DNA of 64,000 nt from positions 1,240,001 to 1,304,000 of the forward strand of contig JAYWIR010000039.1 of assembly GCA_036172245.1 (NCBI GenBank). Direction: 5' to 3'. Both the position numbers and the translations under genes were made by a program. The notes beneath the pieces are model-generated. The model made no database searches and was not told where the DNA came from. It worked only from the letters and a program-made list of their open reading frames with translations. Source of the stretch: Raillietiella orientalis. Lineage: Eukaryota. Shown here in pieces: positions 22,501 through 36,900 of this stretch (position 1 is its first letter; each line of letters opens with the position of its first letter).

Positions 22501-25500
22501 AGTCGCATCCGTCTCCTCGCGACCCTCGATTGTTGCGCGGCCGGAAACGTGTCATTGGAGTGGACCGGAACCCTACCGGGGCCGCTGTGTGCCTCGACGT
22601 TCTCTCCGTCCTTCTCCGTCACGCTTGCGGAGAACGCGGGATGCCCGGTGGCCCCAGAGGGCTGCCTCGCACCGTCAGCCGCGTTGGGGAACGCTCGCGT
22701 GCAGCATCCGCTAGCCCCCCTCCTCCTCTTCCTCCTTCTCCTCGGCGCGGTTGCCGGGAACGGACGGGCAGGTATTCTCAGCGGCTCGCCGCCGTACGAG
22801 CGCCTGCGAGCGGTTTTTTCTTCATTTTTATTTTTTACCAGTCGCACGCGTTCCCTGCCGCGCACAAAGGGGGAGCGTTAATCCAGGTAATTCCGAAGGC
22901 TGGAGTGGAGCTCCTGGAGAGCGGGGACGCCGTTAATCTCCAGGAGGAGCGAGGAGAGGAAATAAGGGGAGGAGAGATGATGAGGATGGGGAAGGGAGAG
23001 GGGGGGAAGGAAGGCGAAAAAAGAAAGAAAGAAAGAGAGGCGGGGAAACAGAGAGGTGGGGACCAAAGTGGGGTGGGGGGTTGCTAATCCCCCCCACAGG
23101 GTCTCTCTGAACGCGCACACCTCCGACAGACGGCGGGAGGGAGGAGAGGGGGGGTCCACGCTCATCTGCAACGGCTTCTTTTGTCTTCTTGTGAGGATGC
23201 GGATCGCGTTCCAGGCCGAGCGCATTGTCTGCTGCGTCCGGACGGTTGCCATGCAGACGGCCGGGTCCTCCCTTAATTAGAATCCGATGCAGCTCCTCCG
23301 CGTTTTGATTTGCTCCGGCTGTATGGCGTCCGGCGGCCCCTCCCACACGCCTACACCGCCCTTGACCCCAGACCATCTCCAGGCAGAGGAGCAAACCCCA
23401 CACGAGGGTTCGGTCCGGCCCGCGCCCGCGACGGGCCGAACGCCAAGGAGACTCTGGAAAAGTTCGGGAGGCAGGAGGAAGTGGCGGGGGAGCGAAGCTG
23501 CACTCCATCCTCTTGGCGCCCCGGGCGCGCGCAGCCGCCGCCATGGGCAGTGCTCCCCGCGTGCGTGGGACTGCGCTCTGCACGCGCAAGTACCGCCTGC
23601 TCTCTTAGAACCCTCGAGGCCCTTCCTTGCAAGAGGGTCTTTGCCCCGAGGAGGATCGCAAGAACCTGCGGTCGGCAGCAGCAATGCCAGCAGTGGCAGA
23701 ACGGAGTGGAAGGCAGGAGCCGGTGCAGAAGAGTCAGCAGTGCAGCAGCAGGAAGCGGCGAAGGCGGAAAGGAGTGTAACACAGCTTCAGGGCTGCCCCT
23801 TTGAATTTTGCGAGCCTCTGGAGGGAGGCACCTTCTTTCCTGAGGAGAATGACGAGTACCTGTGGACGCGCGCGATCCCCCCGTGAGGTCGTGCCCATCC
23901 GGAGGAGGAACAGGCGGTCAGTCCTCCGCCGCCTCGCAAAAGGCAGAGCGACCGCTCGCCTCGGACCACGGAGGAACGGCGGCACCGACACCGCGAGAGG
24001 GGGCCAGAGGGCTGCTGGAAGAGTCGTGTACCCAGCCACCGCGAACTCGGAAGAAGGGGCTCCGTCGCTCCGGGAAAGGGAGAGGGAGTGCGGAATGGAG
24101 GAGCAGGAATCTTCCGGAAGTCCCCCTCGCTGCTTATTCCCTGACCCACCTCCTCTTCTGGTGAATGTCAAAGTCGCTGCTCCTCACCGCCGTTCAAGAG
24201 GGAAGGCTTCAGAGGGAGCCAGGCAACGGGAAAGAAGCCAGGCACCCGGACCTGGAGCTGCGCTTCTCGCCCGGGGGAGTCGCCGTGGGCACTCGTCTTC
24301 GGAAGACTCCTGCGACCTCGGCGGTGATGTGCTGCCGCGAGAGTCAGGACCCCTTCCCACGCTCCAGGCACCGGGAGGGAGGTGGTGCTTTTTAGTGTCC
24401 AGCTGTCCTGCGACATCTGTTTCTGGGTCACCGGCAGTTTCGAGAGACTGAGGGAACCGGGGAGAAGATCCGCTCTTCTCACCATCCGCTCTTCTCACCC
24501 TGTCTGTTCCTCGTGCTGATCACAGAGCTGCGCACTTCCATCACGGAAGGTGACCCAGGGATGTCCACCCGGGGGGAAACACTGGGCGTATTCGAGCGCA
24601 GCTTCTCAGAATCCCAAGGGATCCACGGAGACCTGACCAGCCATCAGAGACACACTGCGACAGGAGACGGAGCTGCTGCAGAGGGCAAGGCTTGAGGCGC
24701 GGAGACGAAGAGGGTAGCCAGCCTTCGGTTTGGCAGCACCTGGTGGGGCTGCGTCCTTGACCAGCCTGCGGGAGCGTTGCGTGAGGTCGTCACTCGACCT
24801 CGTCACTCGAGGTCTTCATGCCATTCGACTCGCCCTAGGGTCGAGGCTGCAGTTCCCAAGGGTTCCTTCCAGCAGCTAGTGGTGCTTCTGGGTGCACCCG
24901 GAAGCAGCGGATGTTCCACCGCATCGCATCTTTCCCGGCTTCTGGGCCGCTCCTTTCTTCACCGCGTCCCAGCATCCCTGGGCTGCTGGGGCACAGCGAA
25001 ACGCTCCTGGTGCTGAGGAAGCCCCTCTCAGTCGTAAAGTTGAAGGTCAGTTCCCCGATCCCAGCCCTGCCCTTCTTCCTTCTCTCCTCTTCTGGTGCGG
25101 CTGATGATCAGCATCAGCACCTTCGCATGAACCATCCAGCTTCCATTTTGCCCTCCTTATGGGAACAGATTCGAAGCTGAGTCCGAACTTATCGCCACCT
25201 CGATAACCCCGTCTCCCCCCTCACGTGATTTACAACAAATAAAAGTGAACAAACGTGCTGCCCGCAATAGACAGATCTTGTACAGCATGGTAACCCTGTC
25301 TGATGGCTCTTCTTGCATGTATCTTCTCCAAGTAGCCTAGCACCGACGAGCAGTCGCGCTGCTGGTCCTCCGATCCCGGTCAGCGCCTGGCGGAAGAGCA
25401 ACCGCGCCATGGTGAAAACACGCATGCATCTGATGATTTCCTGGATGAAAAGTCTATCGTCACTCGGAGATGCGTCTCGTGTCTTTCACCGCGGCGTCCA

Positions 25501-26369
25501 AGTGACGCAGACCTCGGTCGCGGCAGCAACGCGGGCGGCGGAGGCAAAAGAGCCTCCGCACGGGATCTGCTGCGCCAGGACGCCCGCGGCATCCCGTTGC
25601 CATCCCTTCCCGTCCGCCGCTGCGTCTTCTGCGATCCTCGCCGCGAGGCCAAAGGCCAGACGGGCACGGGGCGACGGGGAAGCGACAGGACCGGTCTGGG
25701 ACGGACCGAGAGCTGCTCCCGGGAACTCGGAGGTAGAGATCTCTTCGCGGAAACGTCGCCGCGCTACCCGGGGTAGCCAGAAGCGCGCGTGCAGCCGCAC
25801 TCTCCCAGCCAAAAGGCCTGTCTCGGCTTCTCAGAGGCGCTGACGTCACGACTTCCAGCCGCTGCCTCACCGTCCAGAGAGAGGGCGCGGCATGCCTCCT
25901 CCACGCGTAGGTGACGTCGGCGAGCATCAACACGTGCTGCCCGATTATGATGGGAGGGAGGGAGGGGGGAGGGAAGGAAAAAAAAGGAAAAAAAAAGAAA
26001 AAAAAAACACGCACGCTAATAACTCAATGCAGAGATGGTGGGAAGATGAGAATTTTCGATTTTCCTGCTCTCCGTGGTCCGCGTTTCGTGAAGCTGCCTG
26101 ACCATAAATCAGGCAGTGGATGGCTGGGAAGGTTTGCGTTAAAAGAAAACATCTTGTTCTCCCTTAATGCTCGCGCTCGGCAGGGAGAGAAAGGAATTAG
26201 AAAATATGTTTTTCAACATCCCGAAGGAAATCGTATAATTTTATGCCGGCTAACAAAACTAAGTGATGCATGCTGCATGGGAGGAGGGACACAGGGCTGG
26301 AGCTGCCTAACTTCCGTAATTATTCCTTTTATGTTGGCTGCATTGTGTGGGGTTTTTATGTGCTGCTTA

Positions 26370-26400
26370 TGTGTGTATGTGTGCATGTGTATAATATGTG

Positions 26401-26450
<50 letters not shown>
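26370..26450. repeat. (TG)n microsatellite
   Basis: Directly visible. Confidence 0.95.
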
Positions 26451-26451
<1 letters not shown>

Positions 26452-28274
26452 CTTCCTTGGAAAGCGGAAAAGACGGCACAGGTTATGATCCTGAGGCTGA
26501 GGTTCGACTGCACTTCCTGCAATCGATCCCTCCTCGTTTTGCATGCTTTCCGTCCACGCGCGTCGGTTCGAAATTTCGGATGGTCGTCCTCCTCCCGCCG
26601 CTTCGGGGATCGATTCGCGCGCCGCTTTCGAGGGAGCCTGGCACCCCTGCAGATCGAAAGCGGCAAAACTTTTCTGCTCCCGCACCCCGTGCAAACTGCT
26701 GCTCGTATCGCGGAACCTAGGAGCTTTGCTCCGGGATCGAGCGCCGCCTCCTGCAGGCGGCCGTCCTCCGGACGGGAGCGTCCCCTCCACCTCTCCAGTG
26801 TCCAAGGGTGGTGATGCCGGGGGGGGTCGATTTCCGCTTGTGAGTGCAAGTCCCTCATCCTCCTCTCGAAAGACGCTCTCGCGTTAGGGAGCAACAAAGC
26901 TCCCTTCCTCTCTGCCACGACGGCGACGGGAAGGGAGGGAGAATGAAACAGGGGTTCCGCTCAGGGAGCGAAGGGGGCAGCAACTCATCCTCGCCTCATT
27001 TTCCCAGAGCCTCCTTGCAGCCTTGTGAGGGAGGGAGGAAGGGGACCACCGCGATTCCACCCTACGCAGCCCACGGACTTGCACTTTTCTTTGGAGGATG
27101 ATCCGCTTGGCTGTTGCCGACTGGTGGAAGGGGATTCATCACTGCCTGCCCCTCGTCCTGAGGTGGAGGAGGAGACTGCAGTTCCTCCCATCGCGAGAGG
27201 TGACCAATATGACGCTTCCAGTGCTCATCCCTAGGATGCTGGGTGTTCAAGCACACTGCTCGGCCATCCTTCACGTTCCCGCGGACGCTTCTCTGGAAGT
27301 GGCCTTGATGTGCCGTATGAAGAGCAACGGCAGAAGGGCACTGGCCATCGACTCCGTGTGAATCCTGGCGCCTTTTGCTCTCAAGCGCTGCTTCGCAAAC
27401 ACCAGCTCTTTCCAGCTGCCCCTCGTCCCTTCCGTTCTCCCGAGGAAGGCTGTCCGCTCGCCTCTCCTTGGATGCGGCCTCGTCCGGCAGAGCCTTCACC
27501 TCGGCAGCCTCCCGCCGGCGACAGGGAACCCGGACGGGTCGAGAGGGGGCAAAATTGCCACTTCATCCGCCTTCCGATCCCAAACCTCTCCAGCAGATTC
27601 CGAGCGCCCTCCGCCCGTTGCGCTGGCCTCCCTGGACGCTTCCGATGGCTTCGCACTTCGCGTGCGTGACAAATCGGGAGAAAAACGGGTTCTCCTCGAA
27701 CGGCAGGGTCGGCAGAGTCCCAAAGAAGGGAGGGCAGCCGAAGACGACCCACAGACCGCCGCCGACCTCTCGAATGCAGGAAAGACAACAACAGGGAGAT
27801 CCGGGGGCAGTAAGGGCACCTACCAACAGAAGATCGGGTCCTCCGCCCCATGCTCGTTACCCTTCTCCCCCTGCCCGGTATGGACTTCTTGAAGCAGCGG
27901 GCAGAGGTCGCCACGAGACAGTCCAGTCATAGATCCTTCCAGGTCCTCCTCCTCGGCGCGTAGAAGAAGCACCTGGGCAGCCGCTGACCAGCTGCGCAGA
28001 TTCCGGAGCAGAATCCACGACTTGGAGGTGGCACCCGGTTGCCGTCTGAAGTCGCTCGCGCTCCGAAATGCAAGACTTGCGGACCCTGGAGACCGTCGAC
28101 ACTGGCGTGACCTCATAGCGGATCAGGCCTGGCAACGAGGCGCCACTTCCTTCGTGACCAGGAGAAGCTGCAGGGAATCGAAATGACTAGACAGATGGGG
28201 ACGGGTAGAGGAGTCGCGACGGCGGACTAAAATCGGGTCCGCTCCTCTAGGAGCAAAAAGACGGCTACATCCCG

Positions 28275-30171
28275 CTGCACCCTGAGCCGATTCTCCGCTA
28301 GGGTCTGCACACCTCTGCTCTCGTCCGGGGGGAATGGAATGGCCCTCTGCCTCGAAACCTCCGGGAGCTCTCCAGCACGGGGGGAACGGAGGCAGGGGCG
28401 CTCCACTTTGCAGAGAGAGGCAGCACCGCTTTCCGCGGAAGCAGGCGTCGCGGGGTGCTTGGCAGCCACGCCGTCTCTCAGGAAACGTGCATCCTCTACC
28501 AGGCGCTGGAAGCAGCGCATCGGCAAGGAGACGGCGGATGGGCGGTTCAGCGAGCTCCCGCGCCAGGACCGGCAGCAGCGAAAGACTCCGGGATCGCCGC
28601 GGCGGAGAGGAACCGAGCGCCTGCAAGAGAAGGCGCAGTCTCCAGGAACGCGAACCCGGGGCGGACACCCCGCAGCCTCAGGCCAGGTCCCCGCATTCGC
28701 CACAGCAGCCACGCCCGCCAGGAACGGCGCCAATCACGGGCTCACGCGGTACGCAAGGAAGAGTCCCCCGAACCTGGGCAAAGCACCCCAGACAGACACG
28801 CCGAGGAAGAGTGGTCACAACCCTCAGCCAATTCACCCGCTTCCCTCTCGCAACAGAGGCGAACCCGCGAGCGATGCGGGACCGCGGGAGGTCGGCGGCA
28901 ATGGAGGATGCCTTGCGACCCTGCGGCGAATCGTCCGCCGCAGCGCGGAGTGGTCCAGGACGACAGCCGGTGGGCGCCGGTGCTTCCCTACTTCGCCGCT
29001 AGGGGCGCACCCGCGTCGGCACGGGCGAGGAACGACGGCCAAGAACGCCAGGAGGACCGGGAGAGGAAGAGCAGCACCCGGAGGGGATAGGAGCGCCCCG
29101 AGACGCGCTGCAGCGAGCAGGCCCACCGGGGGCACGGTTGAGGCCTTTCGCCGACCGGGATGGGGCCGCGGACCGCCACCCGCGCGAGACGCGAGCGCGA
29201 AACGGGACTCTTCCGGAGGCGTCGCTGAGCGCGCGGCGGCCGCTGGACGTCGACCGGCCGAGCGAAGAAGGGCGGCGCAGCCCTTAGGCGGCGGCGAGCG
29301 ACGACCCCCTCCTCCATCCCTCCGCTCGGCAGAGTGCAAAATCGAAGCACCGCCCGAGGGAGAGAGAAGGCCATCGTCCGTCGTGCGGGGGGTCGCGCCG
29401 ACCGGTTCCGGTGAGAGGGAGCCGGTGCGGCGATACGCGCGTCCGTGACGACGCGGGAGGAACCGTGCAGGGCCAGTCCAAGGCGCGGCACAGCACGGCC
29501 TCCCCCCCACCCCCACGCACGCGGACGAACCGCGCCGATTCCGAGAAACGTCGGTAGCGAGCGAAGCACGAGGGCAGCAGCAGCAGCAGCAGCAACAGCA
29601 TCTTCCCCCCTCCCCTCCCCCCCGCGCACGAAGGTGCCGAGCGCGTGCGAGACGTGGCGAGCGGAAGCGCTGACGATCGACGGGAGCCGAGCGCCGAGGC
29701 GCGGGACGTCGGTTTCCAGGGAGACGCTGAGGGAAGCGCCCCGTGGAAGCCGGGGACGGGCAGGGTGCTGCAGGAGAGAAGACGCCTCTTCGGCTGCCGC
29801 CCGCTCCTGTGGAAGGCGCCAGTAGAGGGAAGGAGGGAGAGCGAACAGAGCCGCACCACCGAAGATCCCGGAGCGAGCGGCGGCGGCGGCTGTCGTGCGG
29901 AGAAGCAGCCTCCCGAAGGGGGAAGGGGGTGGGAGGGGTCGCCGTTTCCGAGCAGACGCCGCCCATCCGCACCTCCCCCGTCCCTCTGGGGAAGAGGCGT
30001 CCGCGCGGGCTGCGGTCGCATCTCCTTCGGCTGGCGGGACGGGGCCCGTGGCAAGGGGAGGTCGAGCGGGGGAGACGGATCGCCGCCCGAGTCCGTGGAC
30101 TCGGACGGAGCTGCTTCGCGTCCTTCGGGTGGGAGCTGCCAGCTGTGGGATGGACGACCTATGGACTCTGG
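28275..30171 (+). repeat. Left arm of 1897-bp near-perfect inverted repeat
   Basis: Reverse complement of 44739-46635. The coordinate sums are equal at both ends (74910), so there is no net indel. The ORF track shows mirrored near-identical ORFs; only two substitutions were noticed (~28444 and 30160). Confidence 0.97.
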
Positions 30172-30599
30172 AGGGCAAAGCGAGACCACGGGATCGCTCC
30201 CCTGAGGGAGGAGAACGGATGGGCACATAAGACGGCCGACGGACTGCCAGTAACGTTAAATTTGCTGCCAGGACGGAGGTCCTGGTGATACTACGTGGCA
30301 TCCCAAATCTTCATGCGTGGGAAAATTCTAATTGCTGGGATCCGTGCTTGAGCCCCACTTCGTGACGTTTCTGGCAGGATCAGTTGATCCCGAGGAGGAA
30401 TGTGTGGATGGTTAGAAGGGACGGTTTTGGAACAGGTCGAAGAGCTCTTTGCAGCGCGGGCCTTGGTCCGCACGCTGCCTTCTGGCGTCCCAAGGACCCT
30501 ACCTCCGGATTTCTTTCCGCGTTTATCCCTTCTGTGCTCTGTGGAGCGAGGAGATTCCTACGGAGCACATGCGTCTGCGCCGGTGAACCCGTTCGTCGG

Positions 30600-30870
30600 A
30601 GGGGCGTTGCGGTCTCCGCGCGCGTGGTACCGAGCATCGCGGGTTCGAATCCCTCCCGGTCTTGAATCGATGCGTAGGAATGCATGTGCACCGAGGGTTT
30701 CGATCCCTTCTCCCGCTCCTCCCCCCATCGCAAGATGACGCTGGTTGGCCTATGGGCTTCAGGTGCGGCGGCACTGGTGGAATCCTATGCTCCCGTCATC
30801 GACGAGCCGGGATTTCCTTCCGGGAATCAAGGAGCCCTTCAAGGTTCCCCTTCCGGTAGTGAAGAGTTTC
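30600..30870 (+). mobile_element. SINE-like element, partial copy C
   Basis: B-box GGTTCGAATCC at 30642-30652 followed by gatgacgctggttgg...ggcttcaggtgcggcggcactggtggaa. Confidence 0.62.
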
Positions 30871-31749
30871 TACCAGGATTGCACTGGCGTGGTCGCGTGC
30901 CTTTCATGGGAAGAACACTGCTTCCCCCCGACGAAGCGAACGGGAGAATATCGATTCCCGTGTTACTCCCGTCGCTCCTCACCTCTCTCCTCTGCCATTC
31001 CTTCTCTCTCCCCCCTTCCTTCGGACGTCCTTCTAGAAAGTTCCTCCTCCTTGCTCAGGGCTGGAACGCGGCGTGCCGAGCGCTCTCGTGGCGGAGCCAT
31101 CATCTCGGGTGTAATTATTAAATTAACGATATTTATAGAGGCCCCAGCGACACAGCCAATTAGGAGCTGCCGTCGGTCTGTCGGTGGTTCACCCGAAGCA
31201 GAGCGGGCGCGCGCGCCTCAGACACCTTCGAGGAGGAACCCGGGCAAGAAAGGGCATGAGCGGGCGCGCATCGCGACGCCGTCGCAGTGATCGAACTCTT
31301 CGTCGCCGCGCACTCCCCACTGAGGGTTCCTCCGAGCGGCAGTTTTGAGGAACCGGGAAAGGGGATCGAAATCCAAGCTTGAGCCGCGGGAGACGCGCAA
31401 AAAGGATCGCGCGTAAGTCGGAGGAAGAGGGCTGACCAGAAGGTAGGGGGGCTTGGGCGCTGGAGGTGGTGGCGGAGGGAGCGGGAAGGAGCCACACGTT
31501 ACCAATTTCGTTTCGCCCGACGCCCGGTTGGCACGGCACCGTCTCATGGAAAGGAGGTTCCACTGGGCCGTGGTATATCGGAAAGGGGCGGCTGCCAGTT
31601 CTCGGTGGAAACCCCCCCCCCCCTTCGCGCCATCACTGCAAGGGCTGGAGAGGAACCGCTCAGATTCCCGGAAGCTTCGAAAACAGGCCAAGGGGGCCCA
31701 TTGGGGAGTTCTTTTTTTTTTTAAAAAAAAAAAACCTCGATGTTGCTCC

Positions 31750-32005
31750 CGACGTCTTGATGTCTTGGAAGGACCCCGGTGGGTCAACTTTCGATCCCGG
31801 CCAGTCATCGGGGGGTATCCGGTTTTTCACCAGCGCTGCACCCGAAGCCAACCGAGGCCAACCAGCGCCGCCCTGACTGGGGGACTCGAAACCCGCGACG
31901 TGCCTCCCCGTTCTCGGCGTGGATGCTTCGCCCCGGGCGGGATTCCAACCCGCGACACTCGATGCCACTCATCCGGAGGCTGCAGCCACGCGGCTACCGA
32001 ACGCG
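31750..32005 (-). mobile_element. SINE-like element, partial copy D
   Basis: Plus-strand text gaaggaccccggtgggtcaactttcgatcccg...caccagcgctgcacccgaagcc...gggggactcgaaaccc...gggattccaaccc parallels 3755-3940. Confidence 0.65.
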
Positions 32006-32999
32006 AGCATCTTCAGGAGACTGCGAACTTGGGTCAGAAATGCCTTCTCTTCAGCCGGGTCAGGGCTGCTTACTTGCGGCGAGTGTGGAAGCGCGGAGGT
32101 AACTCCCCCTTCAGAAGCGGTGAGGATCTATAAGGAACGGAAGGAGAATCTGTTCCCCAGCATTCCCTCCTCTTCACGACAGGGACGCGGACATCCGCCG
32201 ACTACTCCTGCTTTTTTTTTTCCTCTTTTTTTCTTCCACTCGTGAAGGTCCAAGAAAAAGGCACTGGTCCTGCTTCCGGAAGATCAAGTCAGCATCGGCT
32301 AGGCTAGAGGAAGGACTTTCTGCGTGTCCTCCGGCGACTGCTTGACTTTTGACTTTGCTGTCTTCGTGGAGCAGCTTCGCGGTGATCCCTGGAGAACCTC
32401 TCTGGTCGCAGACGAGAGAAGGGAAGAATCCCGGACCGAAGATTCTGCTTCGATAGGGATCACAAGGGACGTCTCTTCCGGTCTCTGGGGATGGAGCCTG
32501 TATCCCTCCACCCCACATCCCGGACCGTACTGCGCCCAGGAGTGAGTGCCAGGTGTTCGCTGTGGTCGCGTTGCGTTTCGTGCTCGGTTTTCAAGGCCGC
32601 CTGGTTTCCCGGATGCAGTCAGGAATTCACCGCATTTCTTTTTCGGGCAGTTTTGCAGGAGAGTTGCCTGGGATCATTCATCGTCATCGTCATCGCAGCC
32701 ACCACCACTACTGTCATCATCGGTATCTTCTGTCGGCCGATTTCTCCCTGTGCTGCCGTTCTTGCAAGGGCGTTCCAGCTGGTGCAGCTCCCGAAGTCTT
32801 GAAGATTTGGGAAAGCGGGAAGCGATGCGAGGGCGGGAATCATAAGGATCTCCAGCTTTCGCCTGTTGCCTTCAGCTGAAGGGACTCCCTCTCCCCGGCT
32901 CGTGTCCAGCAGATGCCGTCCTTCCTGCGTTTGGTACCGGAGGACACCTTACTCTTGCTGAGAGCTGGCTATCCAGCGCGCGAGGCCCACCATCCTCTC

Positions 33000-33110
33000 G
33001 TCATCGTTACCTCCACCACCACCATCACCGTTGTCATGATTCCCACCGTAACTACCCCCATCATCACCGTCGTCATCACCACCACCAACATCATTTCCAC
33101 AGCCATCACC
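33000..33110. repeat. Degenerate (ACC/ATC)n trinucleotide low-complexity tract
   Basis: caccaccaccatcacc...catcatcacc runs. Confidence 0.75.
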
Positions 33111-33359
33111 AGAAGTTTTTCACCCGGTCACCCCGTGGCGTTTATTAAAAGTAAACCACTTGGGAACAAAAGTTCCCAACCTAAGAGTGCAGCAGGAAAC
33201 AAAGGGGAAGGTCCACCGACATGCATGCAGGCAGGGAAAACGGAGAGTCCGAACGGGGAGGAGGGACAAGGGGACATCCAAAAAAAAACAAAGTGGTTGA
33301 GAGGTGGATGCCGGTGATATCCTCCTTGGTTTCCTCTTCCAAGTGAGGCCACCTTGCAT

Positions 33360-33950
33360 CCCTACTGATGTAGGTGGCTGTCATCCTGGTGAGCTCCCTT
33401 CGATGCCCTGTGGTCTCCAGCACATGTTGCCGTAACGATGGCGCAGATACAGCCCATGGTTGCGATCACCTCCCCTTTCGAGAGTCCTCCCGTGCGAAGA
33501 ACCGCCGCTGCACGTCTCGGGCTTCGGTGTCCTCCTGGCGCAGGAATGCTGTCGCCAGTCCCTACTGCAGTTCCTGGAGGGCACTGCAGTCCAGAAGCAT
33601 GTGAGGGATCGACTCCGTCGGCCCGCACCTGGCACAGTTCGGGGATGTCACCCCTCCGGAAACTCGATGTTTTCGCTGGTCACATTGGAATCTCCCGTGG
33701 ATGAAGAGCAGTACAGCCAGTTTCCAGAAGAGAGGGAACAACGAACCGTCCACACAATGGGGAGGGACCACAAGTTCTTCGGAGGCAATACTCAGAAGTT
33801 CGCTCCACCGAAGGAGTCCCATCACCAAAGCAGGCAGCGTGGCAGCATCCTCCAGCTCACCCGCCTTCCATTCGCCGATTGGTCTAGTTTTTCCGGAGAT
33901 GGTGCAGGAAAACTCCCATCATCTCTTACCCTGAGGGCAGACAGAGCTGC
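33360..33950 (-). mobile_element. Decayed L1/Tx1-like LINE ORF2 C-terminal fragment
   Basis: LFWKL...FIHGRF...RVSGGVTSPNCARCGPTESIPHMLLDC fits the C-terminal CxxC...H....C knuckle of L1/Tx1 ORF2; interrupted by stops. A possible ORF1 knuckle remnant (TGHVIR) near 34700 is weak. Confidence 0.5.
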
Positions 33951-36900
33951 AGAGAGGGGTGTGGTGGCCAGGATGGAAAATTTCCTCACCATTTCCATCG
34001 GTGTGGTAGTAGATGTCACCAGAAGAAGGGGGTGGTGGTGGTGGAGTGTAAGCAGCATATTTTTGAAAACGTGCTGCTCACGATTCAGAAGGATGGTGTA
34101 TGGAAGTCCTTGGCGCTGGCGCCTTTTCAAATTCACCGGAGATGTCTCTCTTTTCGAAGCAGCAGCTTGGCTGGTTGCGGTCCGCTTCGTACGAGGTGCA
34201 GCCGCCCATCCGCATCCGCGGTGGCGAGCTCTCGCGTTCTCCGCATCCCCCGTGGAGCCGGCGCGCTGCCGGGCGGCTCGTGCGCTGAGGACGCCATCCC
34301 TTTTCGACCTCCGTGCTGATGCTCTCGGAGCTACTTTTTCCACCGTGCGCTCTTCCGAGTCTCCGTGTTTGCTATGGCCGCCTACTTCCGTCCATTCAGT
34401 TCTCCAGGGAGGTTCCAGAAGGGATCCACTTTGCTCCAGCTGCGCCCTTCTGAGGCCTAGCTCGCCGACTGCCCCTGCTTGCGTCAGCTGCTCCCTTGGA
34501 TCCTTTGACCTCGGCCTTCAACAGGTTCGGGAGGAAGGGTGCACGGAAGATCCTGGTTTTGATCCTGGTTCCTCAGTCACCGCAGGCTTCTCAGCAGACT
34601 CCCCTTTTTTCGGCCGGCTGGGGAAGTCTTGCGTCGAAGGGGGATCTCTAAAACCAGTCGGTCATGGACGGCGAGGTAGCAAAGTGACGGTAGCCTGATG
34701 ACGTGTCCTGTTCACACACACACACCTTCTAGTGGGATAGCAAATGGTTTTTCGGCTGCGCATGTACGTGGCCACTGTGACTTTTTTAGAAGAACGCTCC
34801 TAGATGACAGCACCTGTACTTCATCTCGCTTGCTCCCATCCTCTCTGCAGACGGGTTTATTTTCAGATGCACGAGGCGCGAGCTTCCTCGAACTCTCTGG
34901 AGATTCTAGTTTCCTGCTCTTAGGAGCCTTGCTGAAAGGAATTTGCGCGGTTCGTCGTCGCTGCTGTCCGCTCGCTAGGAAACCAAGTGGTGGACACAGG
35001 ATCTTGGAAGTTCTTGCAATCCTGAAGATATTGGTGCGATCTTTCCATCCTTTTTTTCTTTAAAAAAAAAAAAAACCCACATGCAGCGTCCATTCCTCAG
35101 GTTCCTGATGTTTTCGATACGTGCCGTGGCATTTTCTAAAAAACCATACGGGGGGCGGTGGTTCAAACCGATACGGCATCAGAAAATCATGGGGGTTGAT
35201 GAGTCCCCGAATACTCGCTTCTAAGGGCATTTTTTTCTCTTTCTTTTTCCCCTCACCTGTGGAAGGTGTTGCAATTCTAGTGTGTCCGCGCTCAGGAGGA
35301 GGAAAAAAAAAAAAAAAACTTGCTGCAGTTATATTTTGCACGGGTGAAACGAGGCAGCGCATCAAGTTTGCCGCAGGCCTGCTCCTTGTTTCGGATCTCA
35401 ACGAGGCTCTTTCGGATTCGGATGCGCACACGCGCTGTGGCAGCTTCCTTTTGTCCGCACTTCTCGCTTCCCCTTTCCGGCCCAGCAGATGCTCTTTGCC
35501 TCCAAATCGGAACCCCTTCTCTCGCGATTGTGCAGAGAGTTCACCGAAGAGTCAATGGGAACAGTAATGAATGGAGGGGGGCAGTTTTGATGACGGTTAT
35601 CAGTCGAAGTGGAAGATCGAGAAAACAACAGCATCCTTCCTCGGAGGACGGAAGCTCAACAAATGAACGATGATGCAATGCCATTCTGAACAGAGAAGAA
35701 GAGTAGGATTCGGAACAGAAGATACGACGCTTACGTCACCCCCCGAAGAACTCCCCTTTACGAAATTAGGCTTGAAGAGGCGGAGGGGAAGGTTTCAGAC
35801 GATGGTCATCTCGAGGAATGAAAAAGCGGCCCCCAACTGCTTGCCCCGAGGTCGGTGAACTACAATGGTAGCCTCTGGATGCCGGTGGAATCCTAAAAAG
35901 TGCGATGCATTGCTATGCCCGCTTCATCATCGATGTTCAGCGCCTCCGATGCTTGTCGTCTTAGCCAAGGGACAGCTATGGAAGCTGTCACTGATGAGCG
36001 ATTCGCGCGCGCTTCTCTCTTCTTCTGTTCGTTTCTTGATCTCGAATGCCCAGAAATCACCAACATGCGGTTTTCCTTTCCCGAAGTCGGGTTGGGCTTC
36101 TTGAAGGTGTGACTCGGGGCTGACTGCCACTTTTGGAATTCCGAATCCTGTGGACGTGCTTTTCAGTTCCACTTAATTAAAGCGCAGGGGTGGCTGGGAT
36201 TAGCAAGCTGCCCGCGCCCGGCAAAAGTTGCTCCTTTGTTTCTTCCGCGAGATCCTTCTGATGACTGCCTATGGTTCCCAGTCTTTGTAGCCCACGAAGA
36301 GCTCCCCAATTCAACAGTGCCGAATAAAGTTCGAGATGAGGAAGCATTTCTTCACACACACACACTCCCGCAGTAAGCACAAACAAAGAGGAACGCATTT
36401 CCAGGCTTACCCTCGAGTGGCTGCACCTCCTGCTGAAGAGAGGGAATGAAATAAAAAAGATCTTTCACATTTTCTGCCTTTTGCAATTGAAACTTCGACT
36501 CATAAAATCATTCTGGACCTCGTAGCTGTTCCTGTGAGGGGAATAAGAAAACGCAGAATCGAGTGGATCATCACGAACGTGAACTCAGTTGTGGTTCCTA
36601 CCGGTAGTGCCCTTCTCAGCCTCCGGCTCTTATGGCTTCCGCTCGGAAGAAAACAGAGCTTTGAGGGCAGCGTTCAACGACTCCAGTTCAACGAAGGAAC
36701 CTTCCGCCATGCGGCGAAATGCAACGGCAGCCCGGGTGCACTCAGTGGAACGAACCGGGGGAACGAACCGCTGGATGGTTCGCTTCTACATCGGCAAGTC
36801 TGGAATCCTCACGATGAACTCTTCCATTCCCTGAAAGTTCTGTTGGATTGGCGTGGAAAGGCAGCCTCTTCAGTGTACTGGAATCGAGGAGTCACCACCC

